A program made the translations under genes and the position numbers. Shown here in pieces: positions 14,741 to 27,300 of a DNA stretch of 64,000 nt. The DNA comes from Macrostomum lignano (lineage: Eukaryota): assembly GCA_002269645.1 (NCBI GenBank), contig NIVC01001207.1, forward strand, positions 147,541 to 211,540. The letters run 5' to 3'. Within the stretch, counting starts at the first letter, position 1. Every line of letters starts with the position of its first letter. A model generated the notes under the pieces. The model worked only from the letters and a program-made list of their open reading frames with translations. It was not told the origin of the DNA and ran no database searches.

Positions 14741-16094
14741 TAACCAACCAACCAATCAACCAATCAATTAATCGATCGATCAAGCAATCAACAAATCAAC
14801 CAGTCAACTAATCAATAAGTCAATCAATCAATCAATAAATCAACCAACCAATTAATCAATCAATCAATCAATAAATTGACCCATCAATCAATAAATCTAG
14901 CCGGAATTTCTCACCGATGCTCCACCATCTGGAAATCTACGTAGGACTGCACCCCGGGAGACAGGTTGATGAAGTCCCTGGGATAGTGGTCTTTGTCGCC
15001 GTAGAACAGAATCGCTCCGCCGGATTTCGACGCGTCGTACTCGCCTTCGAATGTGATGCCGGCAGTTAGCATCCCGTAGATTGTGTTGCTGTTTATGTTG
15101 GTCACTACTGGGGCCGTGTCCGTGAACAGGATCTGGAGGCCGAGTGTTCGATTAAGTAATAGTTAAAAACTACTCGTACTGTGCTTAATTATCAACGGAG
15201 AGCTGTCCTTTCCTCCGAAAATAGTCCTCTTTACTGTAACCCCAAAGGGGGCGCATGTGCTAGTCCGATATACAAAAATCGGAACCGTGAGAAGTATATG
15301 CACTAGACGCGGTTCAACACATCTTCAGCTAAAGGAAAGAAATCAAAAACTACTTACCAACTCAAGTTGAAACTCGACAATATCTTTTGTGGCATCCAAC
15401 AGCTGATCTGACGGCTGAAATCTAAAACAGTTGCCGTACTTGCTGTCCCAGAAGCCGCTAAAGTCCGAATAACTGCACGTGACGCCCTTGTATCGGCAGC
15501 GTACAATAAAGTACTCCCGCTTGTGACCAAGGTACTTTAGTAGTAAGTTGGGGTCGAATACATCGCGTGACACCTGCGTTTAGAATAAATAACAATTAGC
15601 TAATAATCGTTTATTGTAGATTGAGGACTGACTTGAATGGATTTGCTGTTTGATGGAGGTGTTTACTCACTGAAGATCTAACCAGTAACAAGAATATGTA
15701 TTACCTGCAGCAGAATGTCGGAGGACAAGGCCAGTCCTTTGCTGTAGACGGTGGTCTGCACACCTGAGGCCTGGGCGTACAACTGGGCAAAAACATCCGG
15801 GCGCCTAGTGACAGTTTCGTAGAAATTGGTTGACGAAACGGGCGCCACGGAGCAGACGGTGATGTCGGGCGTCTGGAACTGGATTGCGCCGGGCGTGATG
15901 GTTGCCGAGATAGGCGTCGATAGGTAGTTGGTGATGAGCAGGGCCAGGTTGTAGGCGAAGCCGCCCATGGCAGCCAGCAGGAACAGCAGCCACATGCACC
16001 GGATCGGCACCGACTTGCTCTCGTAGGCCCGGTTGAATCCGTGGGCCGTGGTGGACCGGACGAACTCGTTGATGGACTGGACACCGATTTCCAT
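11285..16094 (-). CDS. DEG/ENaC/ASIC-superfamily sodium channel subunit (about 674 aa)
   Basis: Exons 16094-15705, 15573-15358, 15132-14915, 12485-11285; phases 0,0,2 consistent. STTAHGF (HG motif), TM1, TPDITVC, CRYKGVTC, YGNCFRF, Cys-rich thumb, SWP, TM2 SIGGILGLYLGMSLLTVCE, Pro/Gln-rich C-tail. A short upstream extension cannot be excluded. Confidence 0.95.
12508..13224 (+). repeat. (ATTG)n / (ATTGATTGTCTG)n microsatellite, ENaC intron 3
   Basis: Direct reading. Confidence 0.97.
13275..13460 (+). repeat. Old dispersed repeat, copy B
   Basis: Colinear blocks matching 9970-10175. Confidence 0.6.
14113..14450 (+). repeat. 13-14-bp minisatellite CCTCCGGCGTTTCC
   Basis: About 24 copies. Confidence 0.95.
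14630..14895 (+). repeat. (CAAT)n degenerate microsatellite, reverse complement of the 12508-13224 array
   Basis: Direct reading. Confidence 0.95.
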
Positions 16095-17461
16095 GGCTGG
16101 GTTGAGCTCGCGCTTGAACAGTCTCTCCCAGTGTTCAAGAGGCCTTGTGCAGTCCAGGCTTTTATGGTCTCTACTCTAACACGAGTGCGCCCTGAGCAGG
16201 GAATGGTGGGAGCAGTTTGGGTGTCGGAGAGGGCAGGGGAGGACTCCGATGCCAATGCTCCAATGGCCGGAGGCGACTGACCGAGAGCCAGAAACTCACT
16301 GAGAAATATGGGAAATCTACCCGAAAGCTTGGTAAAATGCATTTATGGAGCTCATGTATATTTTGTTCAAGTCGAAACGCTTGGATAAGTTTGCCAACCG
16401 GATAAAGAAGATAGAAAATAAACAGAGATAGCCAGGCGGTTGGGGAGAAACTACTCGAATGCCGAGTAGGGTGAGAAAAGACAGGAGCTGTGAAAAATCT
16501 TAGAGTGACGTTGAGAGGGAGGGGGCAGGGAGGGAGAGAGGGAGAGAGGGAGAGAAAGGATGGGGAGATGGAGATTATAAGGACGTGAGGGTTGAGAGCG
16601 GGTTGTAAGTGAGGGATATACTCGTAAAAGGAAAAAAGAATAGATAGAATTCTTTTATTAGGTAGAATACAATAAAATAGATAGAATAGACAGGATAGAG
16701 AGGAAGAGCTGGTGGGAAGGAAGGGTCAAGATGAAGAGGGAAAAAGAAGGAAGACAGAGGGAGAGAAGAGGAGGACGTGAGAAACGGAGGGCATGAAGAT
16801 AGAGTGGGTAAAAAAGGGAGCGAGAGAAGTAGAGATGAGAGGAGCTAAGAGTCTGGAATTAGTGAGCGCGAGAGTCTCAGGCTTTCATTCATCAGTTTAC
16901 TGCATCCATTACGCGACTTGCAGCTCAAGTTTCCAATCCTTTCTCTCCGCCTTGTGATTGCGGTCGCCATGACGACAAACAGCAGCTGGCTCTCCGCCCA
17001 GCTATTTTATTTTCGCCTCTCCAACTCATGGGTGTTTTCCCGGCCATTTTCTCATCTGGCGGATTGCATGTTTTCTGTGTCAACAGAGTCGGCAGCTGAC
17101 TTAGTGCTGGGTGGTGGCTGCTCACAGTTGCTGCCACTCTCCATCATTGGGGGGGAGGCTGGACCTGTTGCGCTTTTGATGACGGCCTCCTTCGGAAACG
17201 ATGCGAGCGTATTTCAGTCAGTTGCTACTTTTGATTGCCTTTGATACGCGGCGGGAAGAATTGAACTGATTTTGTTGGCGATGTTGTTTCAAGCTGTGTA
17301 GTTTGGACTTCTGCTTGGGCTCAGCGCCCGATTGCAGCGGCTGCTCCGGAATGAGCTTGAAATCGGGCTGACTTCATAATTGTGGCGCTAAATTGATGAA
17401 GGGCAGGGGAATTATTGCGACTGCTTTATTGGAACTGAAACTGGCTTCCGCAATTTCTGCT

Positions 17462-17888
17462 TTTGTAGCTTTCTGTAGATAGCATTTCTGTAGCTTACTG
17501 TTTCTGTAGATTGCATTTCTGTAGTTTATTGTTTCTGTAGATTCCAATTCTGTAGCTTACTGTTTTTGTAGATTCTGTTTCTGTAGTTTACTGTTTTTGT
17601 AGATTCTGTTTCTGTAGCTTACTGTTTCTGTAGATTACTGTTTCTGTAGTTTACTGTTTCTGTATATTACTGTTTCTGTAGATTACTGTTTCTGTAGTCT
17701 ACTGTTTCTGTAGATTCCAGTTCTGTAGCTTACTGTTTCTGTAGATTCCAATTCTGTAGCTTACTGTTTCTGTAGATTCCAATTCTGTAGCTTACTGTTT
17801 CTGTAGATTCCAATTCTGTAGCTTACTGTTTCTGTAGTTTACTGTTTCTGTAGATTACTGTTTCTGTAGTTTACTGTTTCTGTAGATT
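17462..17888 (+). repeat. 17-18-bp TTCTGTAG-based minisatellite
   Basis: Alternating GTTTCTGTAGATT / TTCTGTAGCTTACT units. Confidence 0.9.
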
Positions 17889-18714
17889 ATTTCCCCTATT
17901 CTGCTGCTGCAGTTTCTTCGCTAAGCGGGAACCAACTATCATAAATTACAAGCAGAAGGCAAGAAAATGCAGCCACAGCATAAACACTCATCAATCTTTC
18001 ACATTCGGAGCCGATTATCTGTCGCTCAATTTCACGGTAATAATTAACTCGTCAGATTTTTACTGTGTCATGAATCAAGTAGGTTGCGGCATTTATTCCA
18101 CTGAATTTCAGCAACTGTTCACAGAGCGGGGGCTAAATGCTTGGCTGCGTAACTTGAATTGGTTTCGCAATAAGAATTAAAACAAATACAGGAGCCAACT
18201 GACAAAAGCAAAAATTACAATTAAAAATTACCATACAGAGAAGGAAAGCAAAAAATGTACAATTTTGCGGTGCTCACATAGTACATTGCGAGTTCCGATT
18301 GGTGAATCTACGGACGTTCTTTTAAAGCAGAATTGCCTTTCTTAGAATACGAAAGCCGACGGCGCTGACTCGGATAACCTGTGGACCCAACAACAGAGCA
18401 TCTTTGCCTAGATTTATTATAAAAATCGATAACCCATGCTTTGGAGTAGCAGTCAATCTTCAGGTACAAAAATTGTAGAGCAAGTTATGAAAGCACGCAG
18501 AGTTTCGGCATGCCTCTTGGTTCGTAGAAGCGTTGCTACAAATTCGAAGTGGTGAAACTTCGAAGGAATTGCCGTCACGCGTTCGCCAATTTTGGTGTTG
18601 GGCTGCCCGCCGCTCCTGCGAATGCCGGGTGTCGGGGGTGCAGACAGCGGCTTGGCACCGAGACACGAAACCATTTGGCAATGAAACACTTTTAAAGATA
18701 CATTACTCCAACTT

Positions 18715-19124
18715 GACCCTGGACAAAGCACACATGATTCTCTCTCGGCCCTGGACAAAGCACACATGATTCTCTCTCGGTCCTGGACAAAGCACACATG
18801 ATTCTCTCTCGGCCCTGGACAAAGCACACATGACTCTCTCTCGGCCCTGGACAAAGCACACATGATTCTCTCTCGGCCCTGGACAAAGCACACATGACTC
18901 TCTCTCGGCCCTGGACAAAGCACACATGATTCTCTCTCGGTCCTGGACAAAGCGCACATGATTCTCTCTCGGCCCTGGACAAAGCACACATGATTCTCTC
19001 TCGGCCCTGGACAAAGCACACATGATTCTCTCCCGGCCCTGGACAAAGCACACATGATTCTCTCTCGGCCCTGGACAAAGCACACATGATTCTCTCTCGG
19101 TCCTGGACAAAGCGCACATGACTG

Positions 19125-19182
<58 letters not shown>

Positions 19183-19333
19183 CCCTGGACAAAGCACACA
19201 TGATTCTCTCTCGGCCCTGGACAAAGCACACATGATTCTCTCTCGGCCCTGGACAAAGCACGCATGATTCTCTCTCGGCCCTGGACAAAGCACGCATGAT
19301 TCTCTCTCGGCCCTGGACAAAGCGCACATGATT
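18715..19333 (+). repeat. 32-bp minisatellite with an internal (TC)n expansion
   Basis: CACATGATTCTCTCTCGGCCCTGGACAAAGCA; (TC)n at about 19128-19179. Confidence 0.95.
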
Positions 19334-20986
19334 CCCTCTTTTCGGCCCAATTTCGGTTTACACCTATAGTTGTTTTTGACGCTACTCATAATGCTATCGA
19401 GGCGATCTGTGCCTGACGCAGTGAACTCGTCAATAAAATATTTACTTAAGCGCCGTCAGAATTGTCCCGAGAGCGATAATTAGTCAGACACAATCAATTC
19501 AGTGCACTAGCCAAAGCCACCCCATCAGAATGCACTAAGCTATGTCCCATATAGTAATTCATTCTATTGTAATGCAACTCCATGTATGACAACTTCGTCA
19601 CACAACAAAAAAAGACCAATAAATACTGCATACCACTCAACGAGGCCAACCGCTAACTAAATTAATTTCTATAATTGATAGCAATTTAGCCTGCCCAAAT
19701 TTTGAGAAAATCTACCGAAATCTACTATCAGTAGCATAATATGCAAACGCCAGCCAGTGAGATCTCACCGGCGCTATAATTGGAGTTGTGCGCAGCGGTC
19801 ACCCCTGACTCGCTGGATTCCACCTCGCTGGCGGCTATTGGTGCGGCGGACACGGCGACTTCGCCGACCTCCGCGTGGTTCTCTTCTGTGGATCGGAGCG
19901 GTTTGGGTAATGCGGAGGGCAATTAGAAGTTTCTCACCTGGGAACTCTACTGGCATTGCTTTATGACACTGCTAATGGATATATTTCACGACAAGTTTAA
20001 ACGTGTTAGTTTGCATTCACAATGGGCTTGGTGTGAAGATATGCTAGCAACGGGTAGTTCATGTAGCTGATAAATTGTAGTTATAGTTATTGTGCCGTTA
20101 GTACGGTTACTCAGGAGGTTAAACTGGCTGTTAAAACATGCGCGGAGCAATGTTAAACAGAGGGAATTATTAAAATGTTAATACGTAAGTTCATTGTAGT
20201 AATATGTTTTCTATATGCGTTGGAATTGAAAAACGCATGCAGATTAAGCTTCGTATTTTGCAACAATATGTCTTTCAACTTTTATTACGTGCTAACTGTA
20301 GTAGTCCCCATTCACTTATGTCTATGACCACGACCTAAAAACCCTCGTATTGCCTCCCCCCCCCGAGCGCGTCTTCTCTCTAAGTTTTTCTTCGGCCCAA
20401 AGCTTTCGTAATCGCATGACAAATAAAAAGCAATATCAGCCATGAGAGATAATCTGCAACGAGACAAATACATCAGTTACCAGACACAACATTTTGCAAC
20501 AATATGTCTTTCAACAATAAGGCAAAGAGTTTTGCGTCATTTTCCATCCTCATTGGCTGCTGAGCGACCCTTCTAAGGTGCCTAAGATGTCAAACACTTC
20601 ACAGCTGCTGGTGGACACACCGCCTTCATCATCAGCTTGTTGACGGAGCTCCGGTAAATTCAGAACGATGCCCGTGTCATCAAAAATTCCATGCACTTGT
20701 ACTTCTACTGTTAGTGCCATCAAACGATTTTTTTATTGTTTAGTAAATCGTCAACCCCTAATGCTATGCAAGCATGCAGATGGTTAACTGAGGGACCAGA
20801 CTATTGCACAAAGAAAAATAATGGTTTGTTTAGTAAATAATTTGTAATAAACAGCCCATCACCAACTCAATGACCACCCGTAGTTAACAGGGCCATGATT
20901 GTTCTATTGAGTCGTATTAACTTCTGAGAAAGATCTTTGTTCTGAAGTTTCCAGACTTTCTAAGAATGGCCAGGCAAGGTCAGAAA

Positions 20987-21088
20987 CGGTCAGACACAGT
21001 CAGACACGGTCAGACACGGTCAGACATGGTCAGACACAGTCAGACACGGTCAGACACACGGTCAGACACGGTCAGACACGGTCAGACA
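20987..21088 (+). repeat. 10-bp repeat GGTCAGACAC
   Basis: About 10 copies. Confidence 0.9.
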
Positions 21089-21369
21089 CCAGCGTAGCCA
21101 ATAGAGTCAATCACGCGACCACAGCCCAGCTATACCTTTTCCCCTGTACCAAAACTTAAATAGAGATAAAAAGTCTGCAAACCTCAGAACAACTGATTTT
21201 TTCTAAAAAAATAAAAATTTTCCCGTATTTTTTGCCCCGCTGTCTTCTTCTCTGGCTCAAAAGACGAGAAATAGCCACCTTTAGTGTCAATAAAAAACTT
21301 TCAATCAAATCAGACCTTCTAACTACCAGTGGCCACTGCACCAGCTATAGGTAAAAACTATTATTAAAG

Positions 21370-24300
21370 CTAATCATTAGGGATATAAAAATTGCAGTGC
21401 GTGTGTGAGCGGGGTAAGTTAGAGCAGGTGAGTTGGGCTACCAGTGACGACTGTGCAGTGCTGGACCTCGGCCGCAACCATGTCCGCCACCGGGGCTCCG
21501 CGGTCACCGCCGCCGTCACCGCAGCTGCGGGCTCAGCAACTGGCCAAGCCGAAGCAGCTTCAGCGCCTGCCGCGGCGTTGGCCGCCTGCAGGACTTTCGG
21601 CTGTTCGACATGGGTCAGCAGCGGCTCGTCCAGCTGGATGACGGCGGCGCGGCGGGAGTGAAGCTGGTATTGCTGCTGCTGCTGCTGCTGCTGCTGCAGG
21701 TGCTGCTGCAGCTGGTGCGCTGTTATACCTGCATGCGCCGTGGTAGCAGCCTGGGCTGCACCGCTGTTCACCAGAAGCATGGGGATCTGCTCCTCCTTCA
21801 GGCCTGGGTGCGAGAGGATTACACAATGGGGAGCGATGTTCGAATGAAAAAAATTGAACAGTCAATTAGGAGCAGTACGAATAGTATGGAATCATATTGG
21901 GAAAATCTGAAAACGAGTCAAATAGATTTCGGTACAGGCATGCTTAAATTTATGCATTAAAAATCATGCGGATGCATACAAAAAATCGAGGAAGAATAAC
22001 GGATATTCCAGATGCCACAATTAATTAACAAAGGTTTTTGCATCAAAGCGTAATCTCATGTCCATCACCATTTGGAGCAATTGAAGCAAATCAAACATTT
22101 CTTAAGCCATGCTTAATTAGCAAGAGATTTGTTAACTCCTGCAAAGGAGCAAAGGAAAAAATTCCTTATTTCCATTCCAGGTGTTATTAAACATAAAAGT
22201 CCTTGGACCGTAGGAAAAAAAGAGTACAGACATGTGGGATTTCAAGAATCTCAAGAAGCCTCGTGGTGAAAACATATTTCAGAAACATTAGATAAGCCCG
22301 TTCGATGCAGTACTCCAGTTTGGACCTCGGTTTGAATTTTTTAGGCTTAATACATGTAAACTTTAGTGACATAGTGCATTTTTAATCTAATATAGATACT
22401 AATTTGATTACGCTGTGTACCATGTCTATCTTACCTGGCCTCCTTGACTTTCTTAATTGTTCTTATTGGCTTACTCATCCCGTCTAGAAGGGAAAGAGGG
22501 ATAGCGACGTTTGCCAGCCGGACATTTGCCAGCCGACGTTTGCCAGCCGGATATTTATTAACGAATTATGCCCTCTTTAGGCTTAAACGCCTTTCAAATG
22601 CGATTTTGAAAACTGCGGATATAGCAGCATACTAAAGCTCTCTACTAATGCTACTTTTGGTACCTGTCACTGAAGCCTACCCAAAATATCAAGAAGACGA
22701 AGAGCGTTCTAGTAAGCAGTAGTTTGTTAGTAACCTGTAATATTTAGTAGCAGTAGTAGGGAGCGAGGTGGGATTAGATTGTTGCTATGTCCACAGTTTT
22801 CAAAATGTAAGCACATGTAAGCCTAGAGAGGGCACAATTCGTCAATAAATATCCGGCTGGCAAACGTCGACTGGCAAACGTCTTAGACCCAATTCATAAA
22901 ATAATTTAGAAATTCGATTTCTGCGCGCAGATGCGTAGACTTAGTCGTAGTGTCGGTGGCTTATCTAGTGTTTGGGACTTGGTTTCAGCCATAGACAGTT
23001 CCAGATATTAACTTACTGGCCTGGGCTGCTGCTGCTTGTGCCGGAGCGGCTGCAGCAGCATTGGGCATAGCCAAGGGGAAATAGGACTGCACGCCTGTAA
23101 AAATAGTGCGCGCAAATTGAACAGCTTTTTGGTCGCTTGTCTGTACTTTTTTCACAATTGTCGGTCATCTCTTGGATGTTAGGCGACGGATATCAAGTTA
23201 GGCACGCGTGAAATTTATTGAAAACAATAAAGCGCTTAACTGTGATTCAAAGAACAAGCGAGATATTTTTCTATTTTTATAGCACTAGGATTGACAATAT
23301 AATATTGCTCTCATCTTCTGGACTTCCCATGAGCACATAAGTCAGTGTCTCTAAACATAGGCAAACTTTATATGCTCTTTGGAAGCTTCGAAGGTGAAAA
23401 TATCATACGAGGTGTTTTTAAAAATAAATTTCAGTAGCTAAATATCTCAGCTTAGGTAATTTGCTTAAAGCTGAAATTATTTTAGTATGTTGGCTGGCAC
23501 GCTATGTCAGTTTACCTGACAATTTTCACCCAATTTCGCCCATCTGTTCCAACGCGGTAACTATGTTGAAGAATCCTAAAAACAATCAACCTCTCCTGAA
23601 CAGATATCTCGTGTATACATTAATACTACGTTTTGCTACTATCAGTAGTCTCTGTCGCATCACACTGATTAGCAGCTTTTCACTTCAAACACTAGCATGC
23701 CACGCAACTAATCTATCCAGTTTTACCTTCTTGATAAGTTACAAAATTCAGACTGGATGGATAGAACCCTGAAGTTAGGGATGAAAGCAAATGTTCGAAA
23801 TGAATAATAACAGCTTCTAAAAATAAGGAAATAGCCACTGAACTAAAAGCAGACACTGAGCTGAGGCACTAGTTATTAATTATAAAATAGCAAAAATTAA
23901 AGTAACATAAAATGAAACTAAAATAATGGTAAGCTATTTGGCGGCTTGATTAACTATCAGACCAATTCAAGCCACGGGTACTTACTGAATGGGCTCATCA
24001 TTGACTGCAAAGTGTTTGCGCCTGCAATGCAACGGAGAGGAAAAGTGCAAACGGATTAATACTTTTTGGTGCGGACATGAAAAATATGATTAAGGATTAT
24101 CAGGACAGGATACGTTCGAGAGAATAATCGACAACATTTTGACAACATTTATTAATACTGATAGTGAATGAAACGGTGCAAGACAGCGTCAATGTGCAAC
24201 AAACTTTCGACTTTATTGTACTTGTGATTGGGAACTCCCCAATAAATTGGGCTATTTTTAGAACATCGCCATTCACTTCCATCCTTCTATGAGGACGGGG

Positions 24301-27300
24301 AGCCGGGGAGTTCCAAATAAATTGGGCTATTTTTAGAACATCGTCATTCACTTCCTTCCTTCTATGAGGACGGGGAGCCGGGGATTCCCAAATAATTTAG
24401 GCTATTTTTAGAACAACGCCACTCAGTTTCTGCTAAGATGGTACGTTGGTTAATGGTTCCCCAATTAAATAAGGTTATTTTTAGAACAAAACCGCTCCAG
24501 CTACAGTCCGGTTAATGCTTAGGGGATTCCCAAATTTAACAAGACTATTTTTACAACATTGCCGCTTATTTTCACTTAGCTGTATTTTAATAAATCGTTG
24601 TCGATTGGATTTTGTGGATTGAATTTGATAAAATATGTCAAGCGCGGCTAGATCATCTAAAAATATGGGAAATTTTAAACAAAAAAAAACATTGTAAATG
24701 CGCTGCGTTTTAACTTGAGTGTCGAATTTTCAGACTGCTTTTCAGGCGCCACAAGTAGTTACATTTGCTGTTGCTAAGCGGGCTTGCCAGCTAATGCCAG
24801 CTAATCAGCGCTGAGTTTGGGCTCAGCCGCTGAGAATATGGGTGGGTCCAGCAGTAGTCAAGCTCCGGTCCAATTGAAAGTATTTTTGCATGCTAAATTG
24901 CATGCTAAAATTGTAAGAATGGCAATCTTCACTGCTCCAGATCGATCCGGCAAAGAATGGCCTCAAAAAAATTACACGATATTTGGGTGTTAACTCGTAC
25001 TTTCTGTTACGCTACAGTGGTCCTTGCCTTGTACCCACAATCTCAAAGTTACAATTCACTGTCAGAGATGAAGTTCTCAAATCTCTGGCAGAGTTGACTA
25101 ACCTACACGAGTCAGCTAGATGATAGCTTTGTTGACATACTACTTGGCATCCAGGGCGCCAAAACGCGCCCAAAAACACGCGTTTGACAAGCTTAAAAGC
25201 TCTGCGGTTTTATGGTGCTGGTAGATACAAGCAAGCATTATTGATTTCTCATGTCAGTTGGCTTTTTAGCTGGTTGAATTTGGCGGGCGGCACGCGCCTC
25301 AGCTGAGAACATGCGGGCCTGTTTGCTCTGGCCTGTCAGATCTGTTCTGTTCGAGTCATGCTTCCGGAACTTCTACCCCCCCCCAGTACCTGTTGATTCA
25401 CAAATTTGACATGGAATTTCGCCCAACAGCACCGGCAACGATTTCAACTGGTTAAATTCTTGGGCGAGCAACCTTTTTTGGAGCTGGAGCAGTTTTTCTG
25501 TCTTTTTAAAACGCATTTTTTTACAACCTGCAGATCGGACGTTTCAGTCAATTTTATGGTGAACATGGAGTAATTTTTGGTGAATTTTCAGCTAATTTTA
25601 CCAGTAGGAGTGTTCTGAAATTCGTAGGGATATTTTGGTGATTCGATATAATCAGGGACCATTGAGGGATTTTGTTATAGATTTCATAAAGATTCGTTGG
25701 AAAGTCGTTTTTGGATTTGTTGGGAGATCTATTATATATTCGAGGGAAAATGTTTTCGTGGATTTATAGGGATATTTTTCAGCAACCTAGGATTAATTTA
25801 CAGTATACAGCGTGCGTTTATTGTAGTTAATGAAAAAACACTACGACAAGGAGGTGGTCTTGCAGTTCATTGTTGCAGTTTAATGAGAGTTGCTGTACCA
25901 ATCTATCACTTACCAAGTCTATTAAGCTTGGAGTCCAACAGACCTGGCCCGCTTTTCATCCCTTCCAGGCCGCCCCTCTGTCCGGGACCTTTGGGACCCA
26001 TCGGACCCGCCGACTGGCTCTTCGGCCTGACAGCCTCCACCGGGAGGACTCGGCGACGCTTCTTTGGCAGCTTGCTCCGGGCCTGGGTGTGCGAGTAGAA
26101 CATGGAGAAGTTGGACACGATGACCGGCACAGGCAGCGCGATGGTCAGCACTCCTGTGAGGGCGCAGAGGGCGCCCACTAGCATGCCTGAAATATTTGTG
26201 AGTGACCTTAGATTACCACTTCTGAATCAGAGGAGATGCTTGATGAAGATACGCTCCAGGCTCTGCCATGCCATACATACTGAGGGGGGTGCAACGCGGG
26301 TCCCGCCATCATGCGATAGACGCTATGGGTGCAGTTCGGGTCCCGCCATCATGTCATAGACACTATGGGTGCAGTTCGGGTCCCGCCATCATATCATAGA
26401 CACTGTAGGTGCAGTTCGGGTCCCGCCATCATTTCATAGACACTATGGGTGCAGTTCAGGTCCCGCCATCATGCCATAGACACTGTGGGTGCAGTTCGGG
26501 TCCCGCCATCATGTCATAGACACTGTAGATGCAGTCCAGGTCCCGCCATCATGTCATAGACACTATGGGTGCAGTTCGGGTCCCGCCATCATATCATAGA
26601 CACTGTAGATGCAGTCCAGGTCCCGCCATCATGTCATAGACACTATGGGTGCAGTTCGGGTCCCGCCATCATGTCATAGACACTATGGGTGCAGTTCGGG
26701 TCCCGCCATCATGCCATAGACACTGTGGGTTGCAGCGCAGGTACCGGCATGCCACAGGCTCGGGGTCAATAATATTCTGCGACACTCACCAGCGTAGGTT
26801 TTCGGCGCCATATCGCCGTAGCCAACGGTTGTCATGGTGACTATGGCCCACCACAAGCCAATAGGTATAGAATCAAAGGAATTCTCCGGATTGTACTGGA
26901 TCCTCTCGGCGTAATAGATCAGCGCAGCGAATACAACTATGAACACGATCAGAAAGAACACTAACAGTAGAAGCTCTTTGGCTGACGCTTTGAATGTGTG
27001 GATTAGGATTTTTAGACCGGCGATGTGCCTGAAAAGCAAAATAGGAATTTTTCTTTCCTTATTAAGGTTACTTCGCTATAAACCAGCTGACAGATTCACG
27101 AGTTACCCATGTACTTTATAGGCCTGCTGAGAGATTCCGCAATAACCCATGTACTTTAAAGAACATTGAACGATTCTACAATAACCCACGTACTTTAAAG
27201 AACAATTGAGCGATTCCCTAATAACCCACGTACTTTAAAGAACAATTAAGCGATTCCCTAATAACCCACGTACTTTAAAGAACAGTTGAGCGATTCCACA

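Noticed and set aside
16430-16860. Long purine-rich tract as functional triplex or regulatory element
   Set aside because: Low-complexity GA-rich DNA with no further supporting structure.
25250-25395. Possible extra Shaw exon after acceptor TCAACAG
   Set aside because: Stops within a few codons in the required frame; no other support.
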